64,000 nucleotides of DNA, from NCBI RefSeq assembly GCF_963921235.1, contig NC_086097.1, positions 247,878,001 through 247,942,000 on the forward strand. The letters are read 5' to 3'. The DNA comes from Mobula hypostoma (lineage: Eukaryota). This document shows positions 39,193-51,605 of the stretch, piece after piece. Under the pieces are notes generated by a model that did not search any database, was not told the origin of the DNA, and saw only the letters and a program-made list of their open reading frames with translations. A program made the position numbers and the translations under genes. Position 1 is the stretch's first letter. The number at the start of each line of letters is the position of its first letter.

Positions 39193-39780
39193 AAGCAACA
39201 TACATCAAAGTTGCTGGTGAACGCAGCAGGCCAAGCAGCATCTATAGGAAGAAGCGCAGTCGACGTTTCAGGCCGAGACCCTTCGTCAGGACTAACTGAA
39301 GGAAGAGTGAGTAAGGGATTTGAAAGCTGGAGGGGGAGGGGGAGATGCAAAATGATAGGAGAAGACAGGAGGGGGAGGGATGGAGCCGAGAGCTGGACAG
39401 GTGATAGGCAGAAGGGGATACGAGAGGATCATGGGACAGGAGGTCCGGGAAGAAAGACGGGGGGGGGGTGACCCAGAGGATGGGCAAGAGGTATATTCAG
39501 AGGGACAGAGGGAGAAAAAGGAGAGTGAGAGAAAGAATGTGTGCATTAAAAAGAGTAACAGATGGGGTACGAGGGGGAGGTGGGGCCTAGCGGAAGTTAG
39601 AGAAGTCAATGTTCATGCCATCAGGTTGGAGGCTACCCATACGGAATATAAGGTGTTGTTCCTCCAACCTGAGTGTGGCTTCATCTTTACAGTAGAGGAG
39701 GCCGTGGATAGACATGTCAGAATGGGAATGGGATGTGGAATTAAAATGTGTGGCCACTGGGAGATCCTGCTTTCTCTGGC
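39193..39780 (-). mobile_element. Penelope-like element, 3'/pLTR fragment
   Basis: PVATHFNS..RLEEQHLIFR..QPDGMNIDF; near-identical to 41660-42250. Confidence 0.9.
39258..39293 (-). ncRNA. Minimal type I hammerhead ribozyme motif
   Basis: Identical to 40678-40713. Confidence 0.82.
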
Positions 39781-40677
39781 GTTTCCTTTGTTTGTGATTT
39801 GACCACAACGAATGGACTCACTTTCAAGGACTCTTCATCTCATGTTCTCGATATTTATTGTTTATTTATAGTTATTATTATTTCTTTTTGTATTTGCACA
39901 GATTGTTATCTTTTGCACACTGGTTATACACTCAGTTGGTTTGGTCTTTCATTGACTCTGTTATGGTTATTGGATTTATTGAATATACCTGCAAGAAAAT
40001 GAATCTCAGGGTTTTATATGGTGATACAGATGTACTCTGATAATAAATCTACTTTGGGCGCCATGGTAGCATAGTGGTTAGTACAACACTTTACAGTACC
40101 AGTATCAGTTCCCACCACTGTCTTAAGGAGTTTGTACATTCTTCCCATGACTGCGTGGATTTCCTCTGGGTGCTCTGGTTTCCTCCCACGGTCCAAAGAC
40201 CTACCAATGGTAGGTTAATTGGTCATTGTAAATTGTTCTATGATTAGGCCAGAGTTAAATCGGGGGATCGGTGGTTGGCGCGTTTGAAGGCCCAGAAGGG
40301 CCTGTTCCATGCAGTATCTCAATAAATAAATAAAAAATGAACATTGGAATTAGCTAAAAAAAAACCATAAAAGGAAGTCCATACTCTTTAGTAATGGCAC
40401 AATGCAAATTTATAAATACAAAATTGTATTAAAAGACAAAAACAAACATGAGTGGACGGGTGGATATAAGGAAAGCGTTCAAAGGAGTTTCATGAAAATG
40501 ATTTGAGGAATGGAAGGCTTTTCATATGAAGAGCATTTCTTGGCTTTAGGCCTGAATTCACCAGAATTCAGAAGAATGAGGGGTGACCTAATTGAAACCT
40601 TTCAACTGCTGAAAGGAACACACATCAAAGTTGCTGGTGAACGCAGCAGGCCAGGCGGTATTTCTAGGAAGAGGTGC

Positions 40678-40713
40678 AGTCGACGTTTCAGGCCGAGACC
40701 CTTCGTCAGGACT
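40678..40713 (-). ncRNA. Minimal type I hammerhead ribozyme motif
   Basis: Same motif with a CUGACGA core on the minus strand. Confidence 0.82.
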
Positions 40714-42149
40714 AACTGAAGGAAGAGTGAGTAAGGGATTTGAAAGTTGGAGGGGGAGGGGGAGATCCAAAATGATAGGAGAAGACAGGAGGGGGACGGA
40801 TAGAGCCAAGAGCTGGACAGGTGATAGGCAAAAGGGGATATGAGAGGATCATGGGACAGGAGGTCCGGGAAGAAAGACAGGGGGCGGGGGGACCCAGAGG
40901 ACGGGCAAGAGGTATATTCAGAGGGACAGAGGGAGAAAAAGGAGAGTGAGAGAAAGAATGTGTGCATAAAAATAAGTAACAGATGGGGTACGAGGGGGAG
41001 GTGGGGCCTTAGCGGAAGTTAGAGAAGTCGATGTTCATGCCATCAGGTTGGAGGCTACCCAGACGGAATATAAGGTGTTGTTCCTCCAACCTGAGTGTGG
41101 CTTCATCTTTACAGTAGAGGAGGCCATGGATAGACATGTCAGAATGGAATGGGATTAACTCTGCTCTTAAACGCATCTCCCCCATTTCACGGACATCTGC
41201 TCTCACTCCATCCTCCCGCCACCCCACTAGGAATAGGGTTCCCTTGGTCCTCACCTACCACCCCACCAGCCTCCGGGTCCAACATATTATTCGCCGTAAC
41301 TTCTGCCACCTCCAACGGGATCCCACCACTAAGCACATCTTTCCCTCCCCGCCTCTTTCTGCATTCCGCAAGGATCGCTCCCTACGCAACTCCCTTGTCC
41401 ATTCGTCCCCCCCATCCCTCCCCACTGATCTCCCTCCTGGCACTTATCCGTGTAAGCGGAACAAGTGCTACACATGCCCTTACACTTCCTCCCTTACCAC
41501 CATTCAGGGCCCCAAACAGTCCTTCCAGGTGAGGCAACACTTCACCTGTGAGTCGACTGGGGTGATGTACTGCGTCTGGTGCTCCCGATGTGGCCTTTTA
41601 TATATTGGCGAGACCCGACGCAGACTGGGAGATCGCTTTGCTGAACATCTACGCTCTGTCCGCCAGAGAAAGCAGGATCTCCCAGTGGCCACACATTTTA
41701 ATTCCACATCCCATTCCCATTCTGACATGTCTATCCACGGCCTCCTGTACTGTAAAGATGAAGCCACACTCAGGTTGGAGGAACAACACCTTATATTCCG
41801 TCTGGGTAGCCTCCAACCTGATGGCATGAACATTGACTTCTCTAACTTCTGCTAAGGCCCCACCTCCCCCTCATACCCCATCTGTTACTTATTTTTATGC
41901 ACACATTCTTTCTCTCACTCTCCTTTTTCTCCCTCTGTCCCTCTGAATATACCTCTTGCCCATCCTCTGGGTCACCCCCCCCTTGTCTTTCTTCCCGGAC
42001 CTCCTGTCCCATGATCCTCTCGTATCCCCTTTTGCCTATCACCTGTCCAGCTCTCGGCTCCATCCCTCCCCCTCCTGTCTTCTCCTATCATTTTGGATCT
42101 CCCCCTCCCCCTCCAACTTTCAAATCCCTTACTCACTCTTCCTTCAGTT

Positions 42150-42185
42150 AGTCCTGATGAAGGGTCTCGGCCTGAAACGTCGACT
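42150..42185 (+). ncRNA. Minimal type I hammerhead ribozyme motif (Penelope pLTR)
   Basis: AGUC-CUGAUGA-AGG(gucucgg)CCU-GAAA-CG-UC-GACU: complete core, helix I AGUC/GACU, helix II AGG/CCU, GUC cleavage triplet. Confidence 0.85.
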
Positions 42186-43364
42186 GCACCTCTTCCTAGA
42201 GATGCTGCCTGGCCTGCTGCGTTCACCAGCAACTTTGATGTGTGTTGCTTGAATTTCCAGCATCTGTAGAATTCCTGTTAACTGCTGAAAGGCCTTGATA
42301 GGGTGGATGTGGCGAGGCTGTTTACTATGGTGGGAGAGTCTTAGGACCAGAGGACACAGCCTCAGAATAGAGGGGCATCCCTTTAGAATGGAGATGAGGA
42401 GGAATTTCTTTAGCCAGATAGTGGTGAATCTGTGGAATTCATTGCCACAGATGGCTTTGGAGGCCAAGTCATTGGGTATATTTAAAGAGGAGATTGCTAT
42501 GTTCTTGATTAGTCAGGGCATCAAAGGTCACAGGGAGAAGGCAGGAGAATGGGGTGAGAGGGATAATAAATCAGCTATAGTGGAATGTTGGACAGACTCG
42601 ATGGGCCAAATGGCCTAATTCTGCTCCTATGTCTTATGATAAAGAAAATAGAATATGTTTATAAATACATATTTTTTAAAAATTCACACAAGTTCACTGA
42701 AAATATTAGCAAAGGTGCAGAAAGATTGAATAATTCCTTTTTCTCTTTAGCAGCAAGATTAGCATGATGAATGTGACATTTTATAATTGATAAACTAATT
42801 CATCTTAAAAGAATAGAATCCCTGGTTTGGATGAATTGTATCCGTGCTTATTGAAAGTGGGTGTGGAAGTGATAGCAGTGACATTATATAAAAATTCATT
42901 AGAAAAGACATGGTGTAAGAGGTGGGCAGCTAATGCGATTCCTGTATTGGAAAAAGAATGATAGAACAAATCCTGGGAGCTATGGGCAAGTCAGCTTAAC
43001 GTCAGTGGTTGGAAAGATAATCCTTTCTCAAGATGCAATTGGAAAACATTTAGAAACTAAAACTAAAATCAGTCAACGTTGATTGTCGAAAAGGGGAGGG
43101 GTCCATCAGCTTTATTGAATTTCTTGAAGAAATAACAGGGTGGATAAAGGCTGTAATGTATTTGAAATTTTTACGTCTTTTGGTAAAGTGCCACAAGATT
43201 ACGATCAGAACGTGGAGTTCAGGCAAATTTGCTGAGTAAATAGCAGGCTGGTTCGGAACCAAAAGCGAAGAGAGAACTGGGTTAAATAGAACTGTATTAA
43301 ATGTATACAAAAATATCAGGGGTATAGATAGGGTTAATGCAAGCAGGATTTTTCCACTAAGAAG

Positions 43365-44915
43365 AGAGAATCTGCCGATGCTGGAAATCTGGGCAACACA
43401 AACAAAATGCTCAGCAGGCCAGGCAGCATCTGTGGAAAAGAGTGAACAGTTGACGTTTTGGACTGAGACCCTTCGTCAGGACTAGAAAGGAAAAGGGGAG
43501 GTCAGAGCATGAAGGTGGGGGAAGGGGAGGAAGAAGTACAAGGTGGAAGTGCTGGGGAAACTGGGAGGGGGTGAAGTAAAGAGCTGGGAGGTTGGTTGGT
43601 GAACCGGAGAAAGGGCTGGAGAAGGGGGAATCTGGTAGGAGAGGGTAGAAGACCATGGAAATGAGGGAAGGGGGAGGAGCACCAGAGGGAGGTGATGGGC
43701 ACGTGATGAGATAAGGTCAGAGAGGAGAATGGTGATTGAGACGGTGGGGGTGGGCAATTACCAGAATTTTGAGAAATTGATGGCGGCGCGACGCAGTTTG
43801 CACGGCCACTCCGGTGAATGATGTCTGTTATCTGTCAAGTAGGGTGCTGTGCACAATCCTGATTTGATGGAGACAGACATGAGAGAATGGAGAAACTTCG
43901 GAAATGCCTTTTTCGCTGCTGCTGTTGCTGTGTGGTCCAGAATCTCTGGAGGGGAAGGGCCCGAATCCTCGGCTTTGCTTGTTGCTTGGCAGCCGGGGTG
44001 GGGTCGAAGCGCTCGGCAGAGATGGTGCTCGGTGTCGGAGGGCTGGTCGGAGGCTCGAAGTTTTTGGACGGACTCGGCGTCAGCTGTGGTCGGGTGCTCC
44101 CAATGCATCCACAGTTGTCGGTGCCTGGTGGTTTATGGGAAAGAGAGTTTCTCCCTTTTGCCACCTGTTATCGGAAACTATCGGGAGTCGATCGGAACTT
44201 TGAGACTTTTTTTTACTGTTCTCACGGTCTGCTCTTTATCAAATTATGGTATTGCTTTGCACTGCTGTAACTATATGTTATAATTATGTGGTCTTGTCAG
44301 TGTTAGTCTTTGGTTTGTCATTTTTTTGTGATATCACTCTGGAGGAACATTGTATCATTTCTTAATGCATGCATGCATTTCTAAATGACAATAAACGAGG
44401 ACCGAGTGTCCTCATAATCTAATTTAATCTAATTGATGCTTATATCATCAGGTTGGAGGAATACAAGGTGTTGCTCCTCCAACCAGAGTGTGGCCTCATC
44501 ATGACCGTAAAGGAGGCCGTGGACTGGCATGTCAGAATGGGAATGAGAAGTAGAATTGAAATGGGTGGGCAGAGCGTAGGTGCTCGGCGAAGTGGCAGTC
44601 TATGTCGGGTCTCACTGGTATGCAAAAGTCCACACCAGGAGCACCGGATACAGTCGATGACCCCAAAAGACTCACAGGTGAAGTGTCATCTCACCTGGAA
44701 GGACTGTTTGGGCCTCTGAGTGGTAGTGAGGGAAGAGAAGTAGGGGCAGATGTAGTTCTTGGTCGGCTTGCAAGGATTAGTGGGGAAGGACGAGTGGACG
44801 AGGGTGTCGTGTAGGGAGCAATCCCTGGGAAGTGGGGGTGAGGGAAAGCTACCACCAAGCACATCGTTCCCTCCCCCCCCCCCACCCCCCACTTTCTGCG
44901 GGGATCGCTCCCTAA
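43365..44915 (-). mobile_element. Older Penelope-like fragment split by a SINE-like insertion
   Basis: pLTR with a decayed hammerhead near 43445-43485; GIY-YIG remnants at 44440-44915. Confidence 0.8.
43775..44438 (+). mobile_element. ~650-bp SINE-like element with 8-bp TSD AATTGATG
   Basis: TSD at 43775-43782 and 44431-44438; starts GATGGCGGCGCG; (AATCT)n tail. Confidence 0.88.
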
Positions 44916-46146
44916 GCAACTGATGTCAGGTGAGGCTAGAACTAGCGGTCATGGGTTAAAGGTGAAAGGTGAAATGTTTAAAGGGGACACAGTGGGGAAC
45001 CTCGCTCAGAGGGGGTTAAAATGTGAAACGAGTTGTCAGCAAAAGTGGGTTCAGTTTCAACATTTTGGAGAAGTTTGGATAGGTACGTGGATGGGATGGG
45101 TGTGGAGGGCTACAGGACTAGGAAGAATAGGCCTTGTGTTTATGCTGTAGTCATCTGTGAAGGTGGTGAGATGGAGATACGTCTCTACTAAAGGAAATGT
45201 CAGGCACTCCTTCCCTCTGCTAGCCTGCAGTTCACTCTTGGACACGGTGTAGCACCTGCATAGGACTCCCTACCCCCACCGATCACGTGAAGCCATGGGT
45301 TCAGGTGGTGGATAGTCATATGAACAGGTGGTACTTACCACAAATCCTGGTTTTGTGACCACTGATGCCAGACAACCTCTGAAGAGTTGGGGCCACCCGT
45401 CTTGTAAAGACACTGCCCAGAAGAAAGCAATGGCAAACCACTTGTGTCGAAAAATATTGCCAAGAACTATCATGGACATGGAAAGGCCGTGATCACCCTC
45501 GTCATACAACACGGCGCATAATGAACGGACAAGTGATCTATGACTCGGTGATCTCTACAGACAGTTTGTCACATGGATCAGTACTCGTCTCACAATTCAG
45601 TCAAGCAATTTGGGATATTATTCAGAAATATAATTTCAGAGATTAGGGATGATAGAATATTGGGGGTGCGCTGGTTATTGGGGGGGGGGAACGGTACCAA
45701 ATATAGGAACAGATTAATAAGCTTGCAATTAGGAAAAGCAGAAAGAAAGATGTGTCCTGTTTGAAAATGAAGAGATCTGAGCGAGGAGGAGCGGGGCTCT
45801 AAGCTGTAATTTGTTTCATAATTCACAATCACTGCAAGTAATGACACCAACTCATAAGGTTTTTTTTTCATATGCAGACATGAAAAATGCAATGGTTTTA
45901 TTTCCGGGAGAGAGATTTGTTCATTCTATTTCAAACCTTGCTTACACCTCAGTAATTCTGGAAGTGCTTCTAATATTTCTGCTACTGTAAGGATATTCAG
46001 CGCCGAGACAATTAGCCTGTGACTGTTGTTTGTTTGGATTGCTCACGGGTGTCTCAAGTGTTTTACTCCATGTGAGGGTGAGGCTTGGGGTTTTGTCGGT
46101 TAATTGGCTCTTCCGATAGATTTGCTGTCAGTTGCATACTGTCGAC

Positions 46147-46227
46147 CAGGGTTTCCCAACCTGGGGTCCACAGACCCCTCGGTTAATGGCAAGCGTCCAT
46201 GGCAGAAAAAAGGTTAGGAACCCCTGT
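46147..46227. mobile_element. ~80-bp hAT MITE (another copy at 58187-58266)
   Basis: CAGGG.TTCCCAACC / GGTTAGGAACCCCTG terminal inverted repeats. Confidence 0.8.
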
Positions 46228-47825
46228 TCTAAACCATCATCAGTGTTGTGCTACTCTGAGTTAATCTTAGTACTATTTATTTATTTGTTTGTTTATTATT
46301 ATTTGTTTCTTTTGTACATGTACAATTCGTCTTTTTCACATTGGTTGTTGGTCTTTGTGTGTAGATTTTCATTGATTCTACTGTATAAATTTTAACTGTA
46401 ATGCTTGCAAGGAAATTAATCTCAGGGTACGTACTTCAATAATAAATTTACTTTGAATGCTGACGGTCAATCTAACCCCTTCCTCCTACATCATCCTCTA
46501 TTGTTCTTTTGTCCATATCCCTACCCAAGGGTCTCTTAATGTCCCAATCTATCTGCCTGTACCTCAACTCCAAGATGATGCTGGTGAACAAGGGCGGATG
46601 GTAGCTTAGTGGTTGGCACAAAGCTTTACAGTACAGGCGACCCAGGTTCAATTCCTGCCGCTGCCTGTAACGAGTTTATAAATTCTCCCCGTAAATTCCT
46701 CCGGGTGCTCTGGTTTCGTCCCACAGTCCTGTTTGGTAGGTTAATTGCTGATTGTAAATTGTCCTGTTATTAGTCTAGGGTTAAAGTGGGGTACTGCTGA
46801 GTGGTGCGGCTGGAAGGGCCAGAAGGGCCTATTTCACACTGTATCTCAATAAATAAACAAGGGCAATGTGGTGTGGGCTATTTACTAAACTTCGAAATAT
46901 ACTTCTGAGGGCTTAACTCTCAAGAATGCAGGTATGGTACCTTTAAGTGGATGAAGGTATATTGCCATGGCCGTTAGAGAGGAAGGGAAAACTCTAAGCC
47001 AGTCTAGAATGCCGGGGTATGAAACTTCTTCTACCCAGTACCTTGTTAGCAAATGTATAGTCCCAGCTACAAAAGCCTAAGGAACCTCTGAACACAATAC
47101 TCCCAAGTGAAATTAAAGAGATGAGTTGAGATGAGGTTTGAGGATTAAGGGAATTTGTGTGGAAATTGGAGGATTGAAGATGTGTGGACTCTCGGAGAGG
47201 TTCATGAGGGCATGATTAGAAAGGACCTGGGTTTGATGTGATGGTCAGAGAGGGAGTTACCAATGTCAAAAGAGAGAATGATGTGGTGGTGAAGACTGGA
47301 GAGAACACAAGGCTGATGCTTCACAGGTCTTGAGGAAGTGAGAGATGATTAATAAGGGCGATACAACTTAGAGGGATGGTGGGGGTTGACCGGTATTAAT
47401 GTAAAAGTATGCCCCTTGCTGAAGTGATAAGATAAAAATAAAGACGAACTTTGTTTGTGAGGTGTACATTGAAACACACAGTGAAATGCGTTGTTTGTGT
47501 CAAATCAAATCAAATCATCGAGGATTGCACTGAGCAACCCACATCTATTACCATGTGTCTGGCGGCAGCATTGCCCACCATTCAGTAACCTTAATCCGTG
47601 CGTCTTTGGACAGTGGGGGTTGGGGGGAGCAGAGCACCCGGAGGAAACCCAAGCCACGATGGGAAGAACGTACACACTCTTCACAGACAACCGCAGGAGT
47701 TGAACCACCATCGTACAGCTGGCTCAGTAATAGTGTTGCGCTAATCATTACGTTACAGTGCCGCTTTGTATAGAACAGAAAAAATGGTGGAAACACTTAG
47801 CGGATCGGGCAGTGCTGGTGGTAAG

Positions 47826-48074
47826 TGTTCTGCATCGCAGCTCCAAAAACATTAAACTAATTCAAAGGAGGACATGGGAGGCCGAATTGTGAGTCTCACT
47901 TCGAGTTTACTTTAAGTGAGGCTTGCACTTGTCACGTGACAGTGTGATGACGTGCGCAGTTTCACATATTTATACATATAACCTGTAATTAATTATTTAA
48001 ACAAAAAAGAATGCTTAATCAGCAACATACTTACAAGATTACTCAAATATTACTGAAATATTAAATACATAACA
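47826..48074. mobile_element. Probable solo LTR (~250 bp)
   Basis: TGTTCTGCAT...ATACATAACA inverted termini (8/10); interrupts a decayed Penelope-like stretch; TSD unclear. Confidence 0.55.
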
Positions 48075-50409
48075 AAAAGTGAAAGATGGACTGATGTTCA
48101 GTTGAAACCAGGATGGAGGGGAGGGGGAGTGAGTGAACCTGTGGTATTCAGTGCCACAGGCAGCTGGGGAGGCCAGGTCACTGGGAACACTGAAAGCAGA
48201 GGTTAATAGGTTCCTGATTAGTCAGGGCGTAAAAAGATTATGGGAAGAAGGCAAGAGAATGGGGTTGGGAGGGAAATGGTGGAGCAGACTTGATGGGCCG
48301 AAAATCCTACTTCAGCTCCTATGTCTTATGAGTGGGAAAATAAATCAGCCAGGATGGATGGAGGAGACTCGATGGGCTGAAAGGTCAAATTCAGCTCCTA
48401 TGTTCTATGGTCTAGATGGGAAACTCTTGAATCTTGGCTCCACTCAAGAATTAAGGTCAACTTGATTGTATACCAAGCGTCTGTCTTAACAAAAGCAATA
48501 CAAGTGTGATTGTATGAGAATAAATCGACAGATTTTATTATAGTCTTGTCACTGAGATTAATAGCGGCCATTGTTCTGGAGAAATGTCTGGAGAGGTGAC
48601 TTCGTTTATTTTGGTTACCAAATAAAAAGTCTCTTTCAGTCTACCACAGAAGATACAGTAACTTAATGATGGAATCAGCCTTCTGAGATCTTCATTCAAG
48701 CACTGTAATCTAAATATAAACACAAGATATTCTGCAGATGTTGCATATCCAGAGTAAGTGCTCAAAATGCTGGAGGAACTCAACAGCATCTACAGAGAGG
48801 AATAAAGAACTAAAGTTTTGGACAAAGACCTTTGGATGTATGTTACTCTAATCTAAATTTTGTTTTTTTTTTACTAATACACATCAGACCAATATAATTT
48901 AGTGCAAAGAATGAACCATTAGAAGAACTCAGCAGGTCAAAGAGGCAAAGGGATGGTGGAGGTTTCAGGTGAAGACTCTGCCTTAGGGCGGAGTGTGGAA
49001 AGGTGGGGGTAAAGGTGTGTCAGAGTCAGGTGAAAGTGAAGACAGACCATGGGGAGATGGAGGGTGATGGACAGATGGAACTGAGAGAAGTGGGGGGGGG
49101 GGGGCGAGCGAGAGTACAGATGGAGGGGAGTGAATGCAGCCCAATCCATCAGTAGGAAAATCCCTCCAAGGAGCATGTACAAGGAGCACTTGCACAAGAA
49201 AGTAGCATCTATCAACAAGGACCGCCAGCATCTCGGCCATGCTGTCTTCTTGTTGCTGCCGTTGGGCAGGAAGTACACAACCTCAGGTCCACCCCCACCA
49301 GTTTCAGGAGCAGTTATTACCTTTCAGCTGTCAAGCTCCTGAACTAGTGTGGGTAACTTCACTCACCTCAACAATGAACTGATTCTGCAATCTACAAACT
49401 CACTTTCAAGAACTCTACAACTCATGTTTTCAATATTATTTATTAGTATGTTCTCAATATTATTTATTAGTATGTTCTCAATATTATTTTACTTTTAAAT
49501 TGCACTATTTGACTTATTTTGCACATTAGTCTGTCCTTGTGTGTAGTTTTTCACTGATTCTCTGGTGTTTCTTTATATCTACTGTGAATGCCTGCAAGAA
49601 AATGAATCTCAGGGTGACATATGCATATTGTAGTCTAGCCAAGTTGAACACAAGGTGCAGTTCCTCCATTTTGTTTTGGGCTTCTCAGCATTAGTGGAGA
49701 AGGCCGAGGCAGACAGGTTGCTATGGGAATGGGAAGGGGGTAACTGCAGTGATCCTCAATGGAAGTTCAAAATGGCTGCTGCAGGCAGAATGGATTTGCT
49801 CTGCGAAAGAGAATCAGAATCAGGCTTTGTATCAAGGTTCAGGGTTCTTCTGTACAGTAAAACAAAATGATTGTTCCTCTGGTTCTGATGCTGCATAAAA
49901 AAACATAATATGCATAAAGAAGACAATTAATAAACAAAAATGCATAAAATATAAACAGAAAAACAATCCTATTAAAGGCAATGTACAAGTAACTGTGTGG
50001 CTGCATTTACATACATAGACTGATTATATGTACATAAAGTGATGTGTATGTAGTGTTAATGTTGTCCAGCCTGACGGCTTGGAAGAAGTAACTGTTTTTG
50101 AGTTTGCTGGTCCTGTCACCGAGGCTGATTAGCCTCTTCCCTGGTGGGACGGGACAAACAGTTCATGAGCAGGGTGGATGTGATCCTTCAAGATGTTGTG
50201 AGAAGAGGACATGTGCTACATGATGGGGGTCCTTAATAATGGATGCTGCCATTTTGAGGCATCGCCTTTTGAAGATGTCCTCAATGGAGGGGTGGCGGGC
50301 GCCCATGGAGCTGGCTGAGTTTACAATGCTTTCTGATCCTGTGCACTGGCGTCTCCATACCAGTGGTGCATTGATTCAGAATGCTCTTCATCTTACGTTT
50401 GTAGACATA

Positions 50410-50889
50410 CGAAGGGTCATTGTTAAGTCCGTAGCCTAAGGTAGATGGAGTCAATTTTAGAAAACCTAGCACATTTATTTTTCAGCATAGTCCCCTCCTA
50501 CATGTACACACTTAGTCCAGCGGTCGTGGAGCATACGGATCCCTTCTTTGTAGAAGTGGTCCACAGCAGGGGTGATTGATAAGTTTGTGGCCTAAGGTAG
50601 AAGGAGATGAGTTATACAGCTCTCGTTACATGCATGTGCAGTTCAACTCTTTGTGATTATGCAGAAAGTTTGAAGTTAATAACTCATCTCTACCTTAGGC
50701 CACAAATTTATCAATCACCCCTGCTGTGGACCACTTTCTGGAGGTCCAGGGCGCCAACTTCTACAAAGAAGGGATCTGTACCTCCACGACCATTGGACTA
50801 AGTGTGTAAATGTAGGAAAAATAAATGTGCTAGGTTTTCTAAAATCAACTCCTTCTACTTTAGGCCACGAACTTATCAATCACCCCTCA
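50410..50889. mobile_element. Palindromic mariner-derived MITE with TA TSD
   Basis: TA at 50408-50409 and 50890-50891; ~200-bp inverted arms encoding the mariner C-terminus FYKEGIRMLHDRWTKCVHVGGDYAEK*. Confidence 0.9.
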
Positions 50890-51605
50890 TATGTCTACCC
50901 TAGAAAGAGATGCTTCCTCCCCCTCTCCTCAAGGCCCCACCACGTTGCATGGAATCATAATGCCCCAAATATCAATCAGACAGGTAACACGTCATTCAGC
51001 CACAATGCCAGTGACAGGTTTGACACTCGAGAGCCCGTGAGCAGAGTCTCATTAACTGCCAAAGCTCCTCGGGATGGAGTATGCAGCCTGGAGTCAGAAT
51101 CAGAATTGCATTCAGAATTAGAATCGGGTTCATTATCACTGATATCTGCCGTGAAAATTTGTTCTGTGGCAGTAGTGTAATGTAAAACATTTTAAAAAAC
51201 CCTAAGAAAGTTACATTCGCCATCATCATTATGTGCCATGTTGTATGACGTGGGAGATCATGCTCTTTCCATGATAGTTCTTGGCAAATTTTTCTACAGA
51301 AGTGCTTTGCCATTGCCAGTGTCTTCACAAGATGGGTTATAAATACTCTGAAGATTGTCTGCCTGGTGTCAGTGGTTACATAACCAGGGCTTGTGATATA
51401 CACCAACTGCTCCCATGGCTTCATGTGTCTCTGATTGGGAGACTAAGCAGGTGCTGCATCTTGCTAAAGGGTGAACTGCAGGCCAGCGGAGGGAAGGAGA
51501 GCCTTACACCATCTTTGGTAGAGACGTATCTCCACACTGTCACCCACTGAGTTACAAAGAAAAATTTTTAAAAAATTAATAAGTAGTGCAAAAAAGAGTA
51601 AAATA

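Larger units (their letters stand above)
40617..42279 (+). mobile_element. Penelope-like element with an inverted 5' pLTR; GIY-YIG endonuclease ORF fragment at 41136-41855
   Basis: GVMYCVWCSRCGLLYIGETRRRLGDRFAEH; 13-bp TSD AACTGCTGAAAGG at 40604-40616 and 42280-42292 within a CR1 host. Confidence 0.95.

Noticed and set aside
43758..44283. Overlapping 100-140 aa ORFs in the SINE-like element
   Set aside because: The frames are not conserved among the three copies; a GC-rich sequence artefact.
45765..45810. Acidic reading DLSEEERGSKL as possible VPS41 exon 3
   Set aside because: Immediate stop codon, no convincing splice sites, and no PKLKYER motif.
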